DNA from: a virus
Taxonomy: Duplodnaviria; Caudoviricetes
IMG/VR virus record: IMGVR_UViG_3300048575_000467
Span: 1 to 42,228 of that record
Strand: one strand, 5' to 3'
Length of the DNA: 42,228 nt
In this document: in pieces, positions 24,565-33,643 of the stretch
How the letters are laid out: the number at the start of each line of letters is the position of its first letter
How positions within the stretch are numbered: position 1 is the first letter of the stretch
Notes under the pieces: model-generated
Databases searched by the model: none
Seen by the model: the letters and a program-made list of their open reading frames with translations, nothing else
Told to the model about the DNA's origin: nothing
Made by a program: the position numbers and the translations under genes

Positions 24565-26064
24565 CTAGCCGAACATTTCATAGTCCATCTCGGCCGTGTC
24601 ATTGGCCTCGCTGGACTCGTGCATGGGGAATTCAAAGCTGATGTCCAGTAACCGCGACCCGCAATCCAGCATGTCGTCATGAGCGGAAACGGGGAAAGAC
24701 AGGTATTCGTCGTTGACGAACACGCTGGTCAGATCCTCAAACACGCCTTCATAGTTGCGGCGGCGGCACTCGGGCAGCAGATAGAACCGGCCGGCCTCGA
24801 AGTAGGGGATGAGCCGGCGAATCCGGTCTTCCTTGGACATGGTCCCGCCCACAGGCGTGATCGTGAAACGGTAGTTCTCCCGCTCCATCACGTCCTGGAT
24901 GTGCTCGATGTCCGCGTCCTTGCCGTATTGCTCGTAGACGGTGCGGATGGGGCGATAGCGGCGATGCAACCGCATGAGCGCCCGCGTCCGCTCGGGAAGA
25001 TTCAGGCGGTCGCGCACCATATCCACGACGTAGATGTTCTGATCGCTGCCCAGGCCGAGCACGAGCATGCACGTGTAGTCGCTGTCCTTTTTCTTGGCGC
25101 TGGCCGGGTCGCAGAGCAGATAGAGGTTCAGGCCGGAAAGATTCTCGCCCTTCCAATACCGCAGCCAGCTTTCCTTGAAGCCTTGCACCTCGTCCGCCTT
25201 TGGGTCCTGGAGCATCTGACAGCCGAAGGTGTACGGCCCCATGGCCACACGCTTCTTCGCCAGGGCTTCACGCGTGAGAAAAACCGGCTCTCCGGACACC
25301 GTGCCATCCACCGTGGCCGGGTAGATGCGCGGGGTGACGATGCCGCGCGCCATCATGGTCTTGTACGTGTCGTTGAAATGATAACGCGTCCCGATGTACC
25401 GGACGCTGCCGCCGGCCGCGCCCAGGTTCAGGGACAGTTCCCACGCCTCCGTCACTTTCTTGATCTGGTCCGGGGTGTTGACGCTCTCCTTGGTCACCAC
25501 GTCATCGTAGACGAGCAAGGCAAAGTGCTTGGACGTCGGCTGCCCATCCACGACGCCCCAGGCCTCGACCGTGGCTTCCTTGGGGTTGCCCTGGCGCTTG
25601 ACCACAATGCCGTCGTCCTCGCTCCATTTCGGGCTTTCAGACTTCGGTTTGGCCCAAAGCACGTCAGGAAAGAGGATTTTCAGCAGTTCGTTGCGCTCAA
25701 ACTCGTTCTTGATCTGCCGCAAGAAACCCTTTGCGATGGGGCGAGTGTGGGAAAAAAGGCCGACTGTAATTTCCGGATTGCGCAAAATTCCCTGGATCGT
25801 CAGGGCAAATGTGATGATGGTGCTTTTGTAATGCTCACGTGCCCACAAATCCAAGTGGTCATCCGGCGCGGCCTGCACCTCATTGCACCGCGCATAGACC
25901 CAATCATTGCGGCAGTCCCGGCGCTTGAGCACCCGCGTCAGCAAAAAATAGAGATCGGACAGCGCCAGTTTATGCGCCGCCCGCTTGAAGCCTTCCGTAC
26001 CGCAGTGCCGGAAAAGCTCCTGATATTTAGCTTCCCGCTGTTGCCGCGTCATCATTGCCGTCAT
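24565..26064 (-). CDS. terL: Terminase large subunit
   Basis: WAREHYKST (Walker A variant), LVYDDVV, IGTRYH, CDPA nuclease motif, HDDMLD. Confidence 0.93.
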   Translation of the reverse strand: MTAMMTRQQREAKYQELFRHCGTEGFKRAAHKLALSDLYFLLTRVLKRRDCRNDWVYARCNEVQAAPDDHLDLWAREHYKSTIITFALTIQGILRNPEITVGLFSHTRPIAKGFLRQIKNEFERNELLKILFPDVLWAKPKSESPKWSEDDGIVVKRQGNPKEATVEAWGVVDGQPTSKHFALLVYDDVVTKESVNTPDQIKKVTEAWELSLNLGAAGGSVRYIGTRYHFNDTYKTMMARGIVTPRIYPATVDGTVSGEPVFLTREALAKKRVAMGPYTFGCQMLQDPKADEVQGFKESWLRYWKGENLSGLNLYLLCDPASAKKKDSDYTCMLVLGLGSDQNIYVVDMVRDRLNLPERTRALMRLHRRYRPIRTVYEQYGKDADIEHIQDVMERENYRFTITPVGGTMSKEDRIRRLIPYFEAGRFYLLPECRRRNYEGVFEDLTSVFVNDEYLSFPVSAHDDMLDCGSRLLDISFEFPMHESSEANDTAEMDYEMFG

Positions 26065-26488
26065 CGCCTATGAGTTCTTGCAGCAGTTCCATTGCCTCGG
26101 GTGGCAGCTGGTGGGTCACTTGCTGTTCGATGGGGCCGCCATCCTTGCCCGTTTGTTCCACCCGCAAATTTTCCGTCCAACCCTCGAACCGCTTGTAGGC
26201 CAACCGTGCCGCCACCGGGTCGCCGGTTTCCGCCCGCTCCAGAATGGCCTTGTCGATTTTGGACAAGCGCGGCGCGTATTTCTTGCGCCGCAGATCCAGG
26301 GCGGCTTTCTCGATTTCCTGGATTTCCTCGGCCGAAAACATGGCGTTGAGCTGGTTGGGATTCCGGTAGCCGAGCACCTGGATAGACAGCTCTTGGCGCG
26401 TCAAAAATTCATTGTTCGGATCGGCCAAGTATTTCAGCAACTTGGAACGCGCCTTGTCTCGGGCGGAAAGAACCGGGTTCCTAACCAT
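26027..26488 (-). CDS. terS: Terminase small subunit
   Basis: Directly upstream of terL; A..GD..AA and VEQTGKDGGPIE motifs. Confidence 0.7.
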   Translation of the reverse strand: MVRNPVLSARDKARSKLLKYLADPNNEFLTRQELSIQVLGYRNPNQLNAMFSAEEIQEIEKAALDLRRKKYAPRLSKIDKAILERAETGDPVAARLAYKRFEGWTENLRVEQTGKDGGPIEQQVTHQLPPEAMELLQELIGDDGNDDAATAGS

Positions 26489-26491
26489 CTG

Positions 26492-26737
26492 CTAACCGCC
26501 CTTTTGCGGCGATGCCATCCAAGCCCGAATGCCAAGGACGCATACCGTAATGATGCCCGTCACTATGGCAGTAACAGTCACCGTAATACCGGTCAGTTTG
26601 ACTTTATTGTACGTCTCGCAAAATTCTTGGAGTACCTGATGGTGCCTGATATGCGTAGGACCATCGACAAGATTGGCGTTTACAAGGGCTTCGGAAACCG
26701 CCTCCTTCACCCACTCCTGCACATCATCCTTGTCCAT
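26492..26737 (-). CDS. Small single-TM protein of the lysis region
   Basis: C-terminal TM LTGITVTVTAIVTGIITVCVLGI. Confidence 0.6.
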   Translation of the reverse strand: MDKDDVQEWVKEAVSEALVNANLVDGPTHIRHHQVLQEFCETYNKVKLTGITVTVTAIVTGIITVCVLGIRAWMASPQKGG

Positions 26738-26744
26738 ATCCGCG

Positions 26745-27083
26745 CTAATCCTTCAGCGCGAAATACGCCGCGCCACCCTTGCGAACCGCCAAGTAAAACG
26801 CTGCCGCCCCAGCCATACGAATGCCCGTCAACGAACCGCCGGCCATCAAGACCAGCCGTGCCAGATTCAAATACAAAATAACGTCGGCTTCTTTCCGTGC
26901 CGCTTCATCGCCGCCGAGCCGATACATCCAATCGTGAATCTTGCAGGCCTCGGACACGTCCAGGCCGGCCAGTGAATCCGGCACCAAGTCAAAGCGCCAG
27001 CCGGCCGGGCCGCAGCCGTTGACAACGGCGGCGCGCTCGGCCGGGCTGGCCAGCAGGTAGGATTCAGGGGCAATCAGATCCAT
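26745..27083 (-). CDS. DUF1353 / phospholipase A2-like protein
   Basis: NGCGP...ACKIHDWMY...R.EAD...Y.AVR.GG. Confidence 0.6.
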   Translation of the reverse strand: MDLIAPESYLLASPAERAAVVNGCGPAGWRFDLVPDSLAGLDVSEACKIHDWMYRLGGDEAARKEADVILYLNLARLVLMAGGSLTGIRMAGAAAFYLAVRKGGAAYFALKD

Positions 27084-27086
27084 GGT

Positions 27087-27689
27087 CTACTGCGCAACCA
27101 GTGCGCCCAGCGCGAGAGGGCCGAGCACCGACACGGCCGTGGTGATGAGCGACCGGGCCGCATCCCATTCCACCTGGTCGCCCTGGGGCAGGCTGGCGGC
27201 GAACGCGGCGGCCGCGCTCTTGGCCTGATCCAACACGGCCTGGGCCGTGGCCACCTTGGCCGGGTCGCCACCGGCCTTGGCATCGTCCAGGGCCTTTTGC
27301 AGCGTGGCCACAGAGCTTTCCAAATAGGCCGACCCGGCCTTGGCCTGCTCGACCGTGATAGCCTGGCCGCCCCCGGACGTGCCGGCGCAGCCCGTGAGGC
27401 CAGCCAGGCCGGCAGACAGGATGCAGGCGGAAAGGATGGAAAACAGAAACAGCGAGACAACGGACTTGCGCACGGGTTTGCTCCTGCGGATGGGACGTTT
27501 CGCCATTGCCCGGCCCACGACGGCAACCACGCCGCCCACGGCCGAGACGATGGCCACAATGAGTTCGACAACCCGGGCCTGATCCTCGGCCGGGATCGAG
27601 TAGCCCCAGATTCCGGCCAGCCCGGCCAAGGCAGCCACGACGCCACCCCAGACGCCACGCGACATCCACCACGCCTTCGCCGCGATCAT
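27087..27689 (-). CDS. Holin-like 2-TM region fused to a lipoprotein (spanin candidate)
   Basis: KAWWMSRGVWG...GR.MA holin-like part, then basic + hydrophobic segment with LTGC lipobox, hydrophobic C-terminus. Confidence 0.55.
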   Translation of the reverse strand: MIAAKAWWMSRGVWGGVVAALAGLAGIWGYSIPAEDQARVVELIVAIVSAVGGVVAVVGRAMAKRPIRRSKPVRKSVVSLFLFSILSACILSAGLAGLTGCAGTSGGGQAITVEQAKAGSAYLESSVATLQKALDDAKAGGDPAKVATAQAVLDQAKSAAAAFAASLPQGDQVEWDAARSLITTAVSVLGPLALGALVAQ

Positions 27690-28555
27690 TTCGAGCGCTC
27701 CCGGTAAAACACGTGGCCGCCGATGCGGCAGGTGGCGGTGAGGTTTTTGGCCCAGGCCGGATAGGTGGCCATGCTGGTGGCGTGGTAACCAATGGCGTTT
27801 TGTGTCGGGTCTTGGCTGGTCCCGGCCACGGCATCCCGGGCCTCGGCCTGGCAGGTCGTCCAGTCGCCATCCGCGAAATCGCCCAGCAGGATTTTTTCCA
27901 GGTTGGGGTCATCGGCATTCAGGCAGGAGAATTGCCGGGGATGCAGGCACACGGCCGCGACGTCCGCGCCCCAGCCGCGTGGCCGGCGCACCCGGTTGAG
28001 CACCACATGGGCGATGGCCCGGGCCTCGACGGCGTCAACGCCCCGGCATTCGCCCCAGATGACCCGGGCCAACAGTTCGTCCGGCGGCAGCTTGCGCAGA
28101 TCCTCCCGGTCCCAGGCCCGCGTGGACTGGGTAGCGGAAGGCGACGGCGGCGCGGGCAAGGATATCTTGCCGGCCTTGGCAAGCTCGAAGTGCGGCGGAT
28201 CAACGAACGTTTTAAAGTCGCCGCCCCATTTGATTGCAATGCCGAGCTCCCGGGCCGCCGCCTTGAACGCCAACGCAATTTCCCGGAACAACCGGGCATC
28301 GCTCCAGTTCACCGGCCACGGCACGACGTCCAGGGCCTCGGAAGGCATGCGGTTGTGCTTGGACTTGTCAAAGTGGAGCTTTGACCGGCCGGCCGCAAAC
28401 GCCGCTTCCTGGGCCTTTTCCCCCCGGTGTCCCTCTGTGACGCCAAAATCAATGGTGGTAAGCTGGAGCGCCCGCCGGGCCACGGCCACCAAGTCGGGAT
28501 GACAGGTGGCCAGGGCCGCTTCCGAGCGTTTTCCAAAGACGTGATTCGTTCCCAT
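27686..28555 (-). CDS. Endolysin: M15 peptidase + SleB/Hydrolase_2 domain
   Basis: G.R...Q, SKH....A.D, WGGDF...D.PHFEL; LARVIWGECRG, VVLNRV, QFSC.N, IGGHVFY. Confidence 0.88.
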   Translation of the reverse strand: MGTNHVFGKRSEAALATCHPDLVAVARRALQLTTIDFGVTEGHRGEKAQEAAFAAGRSKLHFDKSKHNRMPSEALDVVPWPVNWSDARLFREIALAFKAAARELGIAIKWGGDFKTFVDPPHFELAKAGKISLPAPPSPSATQSTRAWDREDLRKLPPDELLARVIWGECRGVDAVEARAIAHVVLNRVRRPRGWGADVAAVCLHPRQFSCLNADDPNLEKILLGDFADGDWTTCQAEARDAVAGTSQDPTQNAIGYHATSMATYPAWAKNLTATCRIGGHVFYRERSK

Positions 28556-28646
28556 TCTCCCCTCCCCAGCAGCCGGCCCAGGCGCGGGCCGGACGTGTGG
28601 TCTACAGGTCAGAATGGGTCATATTTTGACCTTGTTGGGAAGATGG

Positions 28647-28676
28647 ATAATTAGGGATAATCAGGGAGATTTAGGG
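28647..28676. repeat. Three 10-bp direct repeats upstream of the late operon
   Basis: ataattaggg / ataatcaggg / agatttaggg. Confidence 0.65.
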
Positions 28677-28898
28677 ACTTGTGAAATTTTCTTGCCCAGT
28701 GGGCACAGTTTTTTGCTTCTTTCCGGCGCTCCAGGCATCAAGCTCGGCCGCCGACGCCACCCAGGTTCCATCCGGCTCCTGGATCACGGGAGCGCCGTGG
28801 CGTTTTTTGCGCAACACGCTGCGCCAATCCGCCAGAGCCCAAAAATCCATGATGGCCTGGCGGCCGCGCAGATCGTACCGGCTCGTCAACTGGCTCAC
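28671..28898 (-). CDS. Small Xis-like winged-HTH protein (candidate late activator)
   Basis: GTG overlapping the upstream stop; L.G..AI...., GAPV, W.A...ELDAW. Confidence 0.55.
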   Translation of the reverse strand: MSQLTSRYDLRGRQAIMDFWALADWRSVLRKKRHGAPVIQEPDGTWVASAAELDAWSAGKKQKTVPTGQENFTSP

Positions 28899-29362
28899 GA
28901 TCTTCCCCCCGCGTACCTTTCGGGCACCCACACGCCGCCCTTTTTCGACACGGCAAAAAACGTCCACCACCAAAACTTTCCCGCCGCCACCTTCCATTTC
29001 ACCCTCGCATCGTCTTCCCAGTGCCCCTTGACCTCGTGGACCTCGGCCCCGCCGCCGGGCAGAACCACGAAAAAGTCCGGGGTGTAATACGTCCGTTCGG
29101 CCAGCTTGAGCTTGACGCTCTCAAACTCGACGGCCACCACCTCCCCGGCCAGCAACCGCGGCTGCAACATCTGCGCGAAATAGGCCCGCTCCAGGCGGTT
29201 CATCTTGCCGGGCTCGTGCCGCGTCCGGCCGCCGCTCCGGGCCGGGGCCAGTTGTTGCGTATCCTGCAACGACTGGCCCCGGCCCGCCTCCTGCTGCCAC
29301 GGCTCCTGGCCACGCTGGAAAAAGGCTCGAGCCTGGGCGGCCGTCCAAACCTCCTGGCCCAT
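28895..29362 (-). CDS. DUF1064-like PD-(D/E)XK endonuclease (resolvase candidate)
   Basis: MN.LE..Y, YTPDF.V......E.HEVKG.W.DDARVK.K. Confidence 0.8.
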   Translation of the reverse strand: MGQEVWTAAQARAFFQRGQEPWQQEAGRGQSLQDTQQLAPARSGGRTRHEPGKMNRLERAYFAQMLQPRLLAGEVVAVEFESVKLKLAERTYYTPDFFVVLPGGGAEVHEVKGHWEDDARVKWKVAAGKFWWWTFFAVSKKGGVWVPERYAGGRS

Positions 29363-29745
29363 CACTGGGCCCGGTCCAAGGTCTCTTTGATGCGCCGCAG
29401 CCACATGCGCGATGTCTCGATTTCCGCGACCGTGGGCGGGGGCGTGACCACGATGTCCGCCGCCGTCACCGTGCTCCGGGCCTCGGCCCGCAGCGCCACC
29501 GACGCTTCCAACACCGCCGCCGGGGTGGGCCAGTATTTGGCCCGGGCCCGGGCCGCCGCGCAGGCCTCGCGGAATTCGTCCAAGGTCAGGTCGCGGCAGT
29601 CCCGGGCATAGTCCTCGGCCAGCAGATCCAGGGCCGAGAGTTTCGGGGACTGGGGCCAGTGCAAGGCAAATTCCCGTTCCAGGATATCCCGCACCCGCGC
29701 CACGTCGGTTGCGCTGCGGGGGTTGATGGTCAGCCGAAAGCTCAT
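29362..29745 (-). CDS. Hypothetical protein, possible helicase loader/inhibitor
   Basis: Follows the initiator; KYWPTPA motif. Confidence 0.5.
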   Translation of the reverse strand: MSFRLTINPRSATDVARVRDILEREFALHWPQSPKLSALDLLAEDYARDCRDLTLDEFREACAAARARAKYWPTPAAVLEASVALRAEARSTVTAADIVVTPPPTVAEIETSRMWLRRIKETLDRAQ

Positions 29746-30737
29746 GCCGCTCCTCCCTGCCGGTCCTCTGGCCGGCCGTTTTCCTGATTCCCCTGTCCGG
29801 CCTGCTGCTGCCGCTGCCGGGCGCGATCCACCAGGGCCGAATAGGCATCATCCTGGCGCGCCGCGCCGCCCTGGCCTCCCTGTCCGGCCCTTGGCGCGGG
29901 AGTGGCCGGCCCGTGCTCATCCTCCCAGCGCCGCTCCGAAATCCAGCCCTGTGCCCATTTCGGCGTCTGTCCGGCGGCAACCAGCGCCGGCCGGGCCTCG
30001 GCCTCGCGTTTGGCCGCCATCACGATCTGCTGGCACACGGCATTTTTGAGCGACGGGATATCCAGCCAGGCGTCTGCGGCAGCGGTTTTACCGTGCTTGT
30101 AATCAAACGCCGTCCAAAACACCTCGAACCAGGCCAAGCGCAGGCCGGACAATTTGCGCTTGCGTTTCGTCAGCAGGAATTTTTCCTCGCCAGCAGGTGG
30201 CGTCCCCCCGGTTTGTGCGGGTGGCGCATCGCCAGATGCGCAACAAGTGGGAGGTTCATTGGTAGGTTCATTGGTAGGTTCATTCCCTATTAAAGGGATC
30301 GGCCCGTTTTTGGGCCTATCTATCGGCCCGTTTTTGGGCCTATCTATCGGCCCGTTTTTGGGATCGTCCCCATTTTGGGATGGTCCCGTTTTGGGGATCA
30401 TCCCGTTTTGGGGATCATCCCGTTTTTGGGATAGTCCCGTTTTTGGGGGTATCTTGCCGTCCTCGCGGCCGCACACGCCGGTCATGCGGTAGATGCGCAC
30501 CCGGCGGCTGGCCCCGGCGCGCCGGCCGGTGTCCTCAATCTCCCCGACCGCCAGCAGCGCGGCCACGGCCCGCCCCACGGTCTTGCGGTCAAGGCCGGTA
30601 TCCAGCACCAGCCGATCCACGGAAGGCCAGCAGCAATGGTCCTCGCCGGCCCTGTCCGCCATGGCCAGCAGCACCAGCTTTTCCGCCGGCCGTAGCCCCT
30701 GCCGCTGCCACGCATGGCGCGTTGCGTCGATGCTCAC
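29742..30737 (-). CDS. Replication initiator (HTH_36, lambda O-like)
   Basis: KLVLLAMADRA....CWPS...L..DTGL...TV; internal iterons; FE.FW.....K.GK..A..AW, GW....RWEDE. Confidence 0.85.
   Translation of the reverse strand: MSIDATRHAWQRQGLRPAEKLVLLAMADRAGEDHCCWPSVDRLVLDTGLDRKTVGRAVAALLAVGEIEDTGRRAGASRRVRIYRMTGVCGREDGKIPPKTGLSQKRDDPQNGMIPKTGPSQNGDDPKNGPIDRPKNGPIDRPKNGPIPLIGNEPTNEPTNEPPTCCASGDAPPAQTGGTPPAGEEKFLLTKRKRKLSGLRLAWFEVFWTAFDYKHGKTAAADAWLDIPSLKNAVCQQIVMAAKREAEARPALVAAGQTPKWAQGWISERRWEDEHGPATPAPRAGQGGQGGAARQDDAYSALVDRARQRQQQAGQGNQENGRPEDRQGGAA
30253..30450. repeat. Iteron array / replication origin inside the initiator gene
   Basis: 12-bp ggttcattggta repeats, 24-bp tcggcccgtttttgggcctatcta repeats, ~17-bp cccgtttt(t/g)gggat repeats. 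Confidence 0.8.
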
Positions 30738-30880
30738 GAAGCCTCCAGAAATTGCGGCTTGTCGCCGCGTCTGCGCCAGTAAAATCCCAGCAAGCGTTTA
30801 AACTCGGCGTCGGTCCAACCGGCCTCGCGCTGCTCCATGGTCAGGAGCATGGGACCAAAAAAAGTGGGGATGTTGGTCAC
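30734..30880 (-). CDS. Small hypothetical protein
   Basis: GTG start and stop both overlap the neighbouring genes (GTGA/ATGA coupling). Confidence 0.4.
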   Translation of the reverse strand: MTNIPTFFGPMLLTMEQREAGWTDAEFKRLLGFYWRRRGDKPQFLEAS

Positions 30881-31593
30881 GCGGCCACACCGCGAACGGT
30901 CGGCACTCCTGGCAGCCAACCCTTGCGGTCTTCTTCGGAAAATCTGGCGTCGAGTTCGTCACACGATTTACCGTGAACGTACCCATTATTGCCGTCTATA
31001 AGCCGCCCTTTGTACATAGCTTCACCCCATATTAGGGGATAATGTCTTCGCAATAGCCTTGTTCCGCCTATTCCCCTTTCCGGACATAAGCGACACGAGA
31101 CGCGAGGAAAAATGTCATAGAGCCCCCCCCAATTAAACCCAAGCTTTGTGCAATACTCTAGCGCCTCTTTCTCCGTTATTCCCCACTCAAACAAAGGATA
31201 CCTTTTTTCGTACGGCCCATTTTGAATACATCTATCAGGCTCATCAGCAGCCATACCGACAACCTGAATCACGTCACTTTTTGTTTGTTTAGAGACAAGT
31301 CTAGCATATTTGTTTAGACTGTCTCTTTTAGCTGCCTTGCACCACCAACCAGAGATTGAAGGCCATCCATAACGCATAAGCATTTCATCAAAGCTTCTGT
31401 GATAACCTATCCTTTTTATCCTTATCTTGGCATACTCTTCAACTTTCCGAAGATGATTGTAGGTTTGTAAAAATTCCCATCCCGTGTCGAAAAAAACAGC
31501 AGAATGGATAGGCTCCCTTCGCTCCAAAAGCATGAGCAATAAGGCTGTGGAATCCTTCCCCCCGGACAAACTGACAATCAGCGGAGCACTCAC
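30877..31593 (-). CDS. PAPS-reductase-family (PP-loop) protein
   Basis: VSLSGGKDSTA, FFDTGWE, WC...K, G.AADE..R, YPL.EW, RVSC.LCP; AT-rich. Confidence 0.85.
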   Translation of the reverse strand: MSAPLIVSLSGGKDSTALLLMLLERREPIHSAVFFDTGWEFLQTYNHLRKVEEYAKIRIKRIGYHRSFDEMLMRYGWPSISGWWCKAAKRDSLNKYARLVSKQTKSDVIQVVGMAADEPDRCIQNGPYEKRYPLFEWGITEKEALEYCTKLGFNWGGLYDIFPRVSCRLCPERGIGGTRLLRRHYPLIWGEAMYKGRLIDGNNGYVHGKSCDELDARFSEEDRKGWLPGVPTVRGVAA

Positions 31594-33416
31594 GCCGTCA
31601 CCCCGTGCGCAGCATGTTCCATACCCGCCAGAAGAGGGGGCACTGCGAAATGCTCATCAAGGAAAGCGCAATTCGCCCCGGCAAGCTCCTTGGCCACGAC
31701 AGGAGAAACGGAATTGCCACATGCCTTGGTCTGGTACTTCTTGGCCAGCGGCTTCCCGTCCACGACCGGATCAATTTTGTAGCTGTCCGGAAAGCCCTGG
31801 CAACGGAACAACTCCCGGGGCACGAACATGCGCAAGCCAATGTCCACGATGCGGCACACGCAGCCGTCCAGCACCACTTCCCCGGCCCAGGCGTCGGCGC
31901 AGAGGCCGTCCCAATCGTCCAGCACAAAGCCGGCGGGCCTCGGCCGGAAGCGGATGAGCAGCGCCCGGACCTCGGCGCAATGGTCGCGCATGGCTGCAAG
32001 CCGCACCTCGGCCAGGCTGAAGCGGTCGGCTGCCGTGGCCGTGCCCAAGGGTTCATCCACAGGATGCGCGACACCTGTGCCGTAATACTTGTCCACCAGC
32101 CCGCAACGGACCTCGCCGATATGATTGCCGCTGGCCGTCACCGTGGGCATTGGTTCGCGGACATCAGCCCCATGTTCGCACGTGCCGTAGAGCTTTATCA
32201 GGTGCGAAGTGACGACATGCGTCTTCCCCCCGCCCCCGGGCATGACAGCACCCACCGGCTCATCGGCGGCAGAGCCTACGCTGCGGCCGAACTGTCGCAG
32301 GATATGGGCCGTGCACAAGGAATGATGGTCAACACTGGTCACGGTCCCCAGGGGCGCACCAACCTCGCAGCCCACAACGCCGCCGTAATGCTTGAGAACA
32401 CAGGCGGCCAAGGAGAATCCTGGCGATTGTGTGATGGTTTGCAGCGGCTCCCGAGCGTCCTGGCCGCGAAAACACTCATACCCCGGCCCGGTGTGGTTGC
32501 CCTTGACGACAAAGGGCGTGACCACGGCATGGCGATTTTCCGTGGTCACGGTGTTCACGGGACTGTCCATGCGCTGTCCCCGGACCTCGGCGTCAGACTT
32601 CGGGCCGTAGTAGGTGGAGACAAAGGGCGTAGCCGCGCCCACGATGAAAGGGCGTGGCGCCTGGACAACGAACCGCTCAATGCCCCGGGCGATGCGCTTC
32701 AAGGTGTTTTCGGCAAGGGGCTTTGCGCGCTCAAAAATGGATGGGCATGGAATGGACCAGTCAATGCACTCGGCCGCCGTCCGCCAGGGTTTGGACCGGC
32801 CCGGGCCGTGCGTGGGTTTGGGCCACACGATGGGCAAGCCATCCCGCCGCGCCACCAGGAACAGCCTTTTGCGGATCGTGGGCGCGCCATAATCGCAGGC
32901 GCGCAATTCACGGTGCTGCACCCGATACCCCAGGCGTTGCAGTTGCCGCTTCCAGGCCTGGAAGATTTGCCCTTTCTTGCCTTCAATGGGCCGCTTGTCC
33001 GGGCCGAGAGGCCCCCAGTCGGTGAACTCCTCGACGTTTTCAAGGAAAATGACCACCGGCCGAACCTGTTTCGCCCACTTAATGACAATCCAGGCCAAGT
33101 CCCGAATGTTCTGGCACTTTGGTTTGCCGCCCTTGGCTTTGGAAAAGTGTTTGCAATCCGGGCTGGCCCACAACACGCCCACCGGCTTGCCGCCTGTGAC
33201 ATGGATTGGCTCCACGGCCCACACGTTTTGGCAATAGTGGATGGTTTCCGGGTGGTTCGCCTCATGGATGGCGACAGCGATAGGGTCATGGTTGACGGCG
33301 GCATCCGGTTCCCTTCCCATGGCCCAGGACAGCCCGAGGGATGCGCCGCCGCCGCCGGCAAAGAGATCAATGACAAGCGGCCGGCCCGGCCGTGCGTCAA
33401 GTGGCATGTCCAGCAT
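31590..33416 (-). CDS. C5 DNA cytosine methyltransferase (orphan)
   Basis: DLFAGGGG, SPDC.HFS, ENV, PT.RKRLF, REL.R.QGFP, GNSV. Confidence 0.93.
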   Translation of the reverse strand: MLDMPLDARPGRPLVIDLFAGGGGASLGLSWAMGREPDAAVNHDPIAVAIHEANHPETIHYCQNVWAVEPIHVTGGKPVGVLWASPDCKHFSKAKGGKPKCQNIRDLAWIVIKWAKQVRPVVIFLENVEEFTDWGPLGPDKRPIEGKKGQIFQAWKRQLQRLGYRVQHRELRACDYGAPTIRKRLFLVARRDGLPIVWPKPTHGPGRSKPWRTAAECIDWSIPCPSIFERAKPLAENTLKRIARGIERFVVQAPRPFIVGAATPFVSTYYGPKSDAEVRGQRMDSPVNTVTTENRHAVVTPFVVKGNHTGPGYECFRGQDAREPLQTITQSPGFSLAACVLKHYGGVVGCEVGAPLGTVTSVDHHSLCTAHILRQFGRSVGSAADEPVGAVMPGGGGKTHVVTSHLIKLYGTCEHGADVREPMPTVTASGNHIGEVRCGLVDKYYGTGVAHPVDEPLGTATAADRFSLAEVRLAAMRDHCAEVRALLIRFRPRPAGFVLDDWDGLCADAWAGEVVLDGCVCRIVDIGLRMFVPRELFRCQGFPDSYKIDPVVDGKPLAKKYQTKACGNSVSPVVAKELAGANCAFLDEHFAVPPLLAGMEHAAHGVTA

Positions 33417-33643
33417 TAGCCCACCTCCACCGGCTCCAATTCATCCCCCCAGAAAAGCTCTATGCGCGGGGCCGTGCGGCGCGGATTCTTGGGCTCCAGA
33501 TCCACAAACCACCTGAGCCCCCGGGCCTCGGCCTTTTTGCGGTTCGCTCCTGGCAGATGCTTGCCCACCGTCCCCAGCCGGCCCGGGCAGACGGTTGCCG
33601 TCTTCCGCACCCGCACCTTCATGCCAGCGCTTATGCTCACCAT
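33416..33643 (-). CDS. Hypothetical protein (SH3-like beta-rich)
   Basis: Coupled to neighbours; GMKVRV....PGR.GTV...W.V.L...F..DELEP. Confidence 0.45.
   Translation of the reverse strand: MVSISAGMKVRVRKTATVCPGRLGTVGKHLPGANRKKAEARGLRWFVDLEPKNPRRTAPRIELFWGDELEPVEVG

Noticed and set aside
28895-29980. 361-aa extended ORF for the DUF1064-like gene
   Set aside because: The upstream part overlaps two better genes; the real start is probably the ATG at 29362.
32000-32640. Repeated P(L/V/M)xT(V/I)T units in the methyltransferase
   Set aside because: A common feature of the variable region in this phage C5-MTase subfamily.
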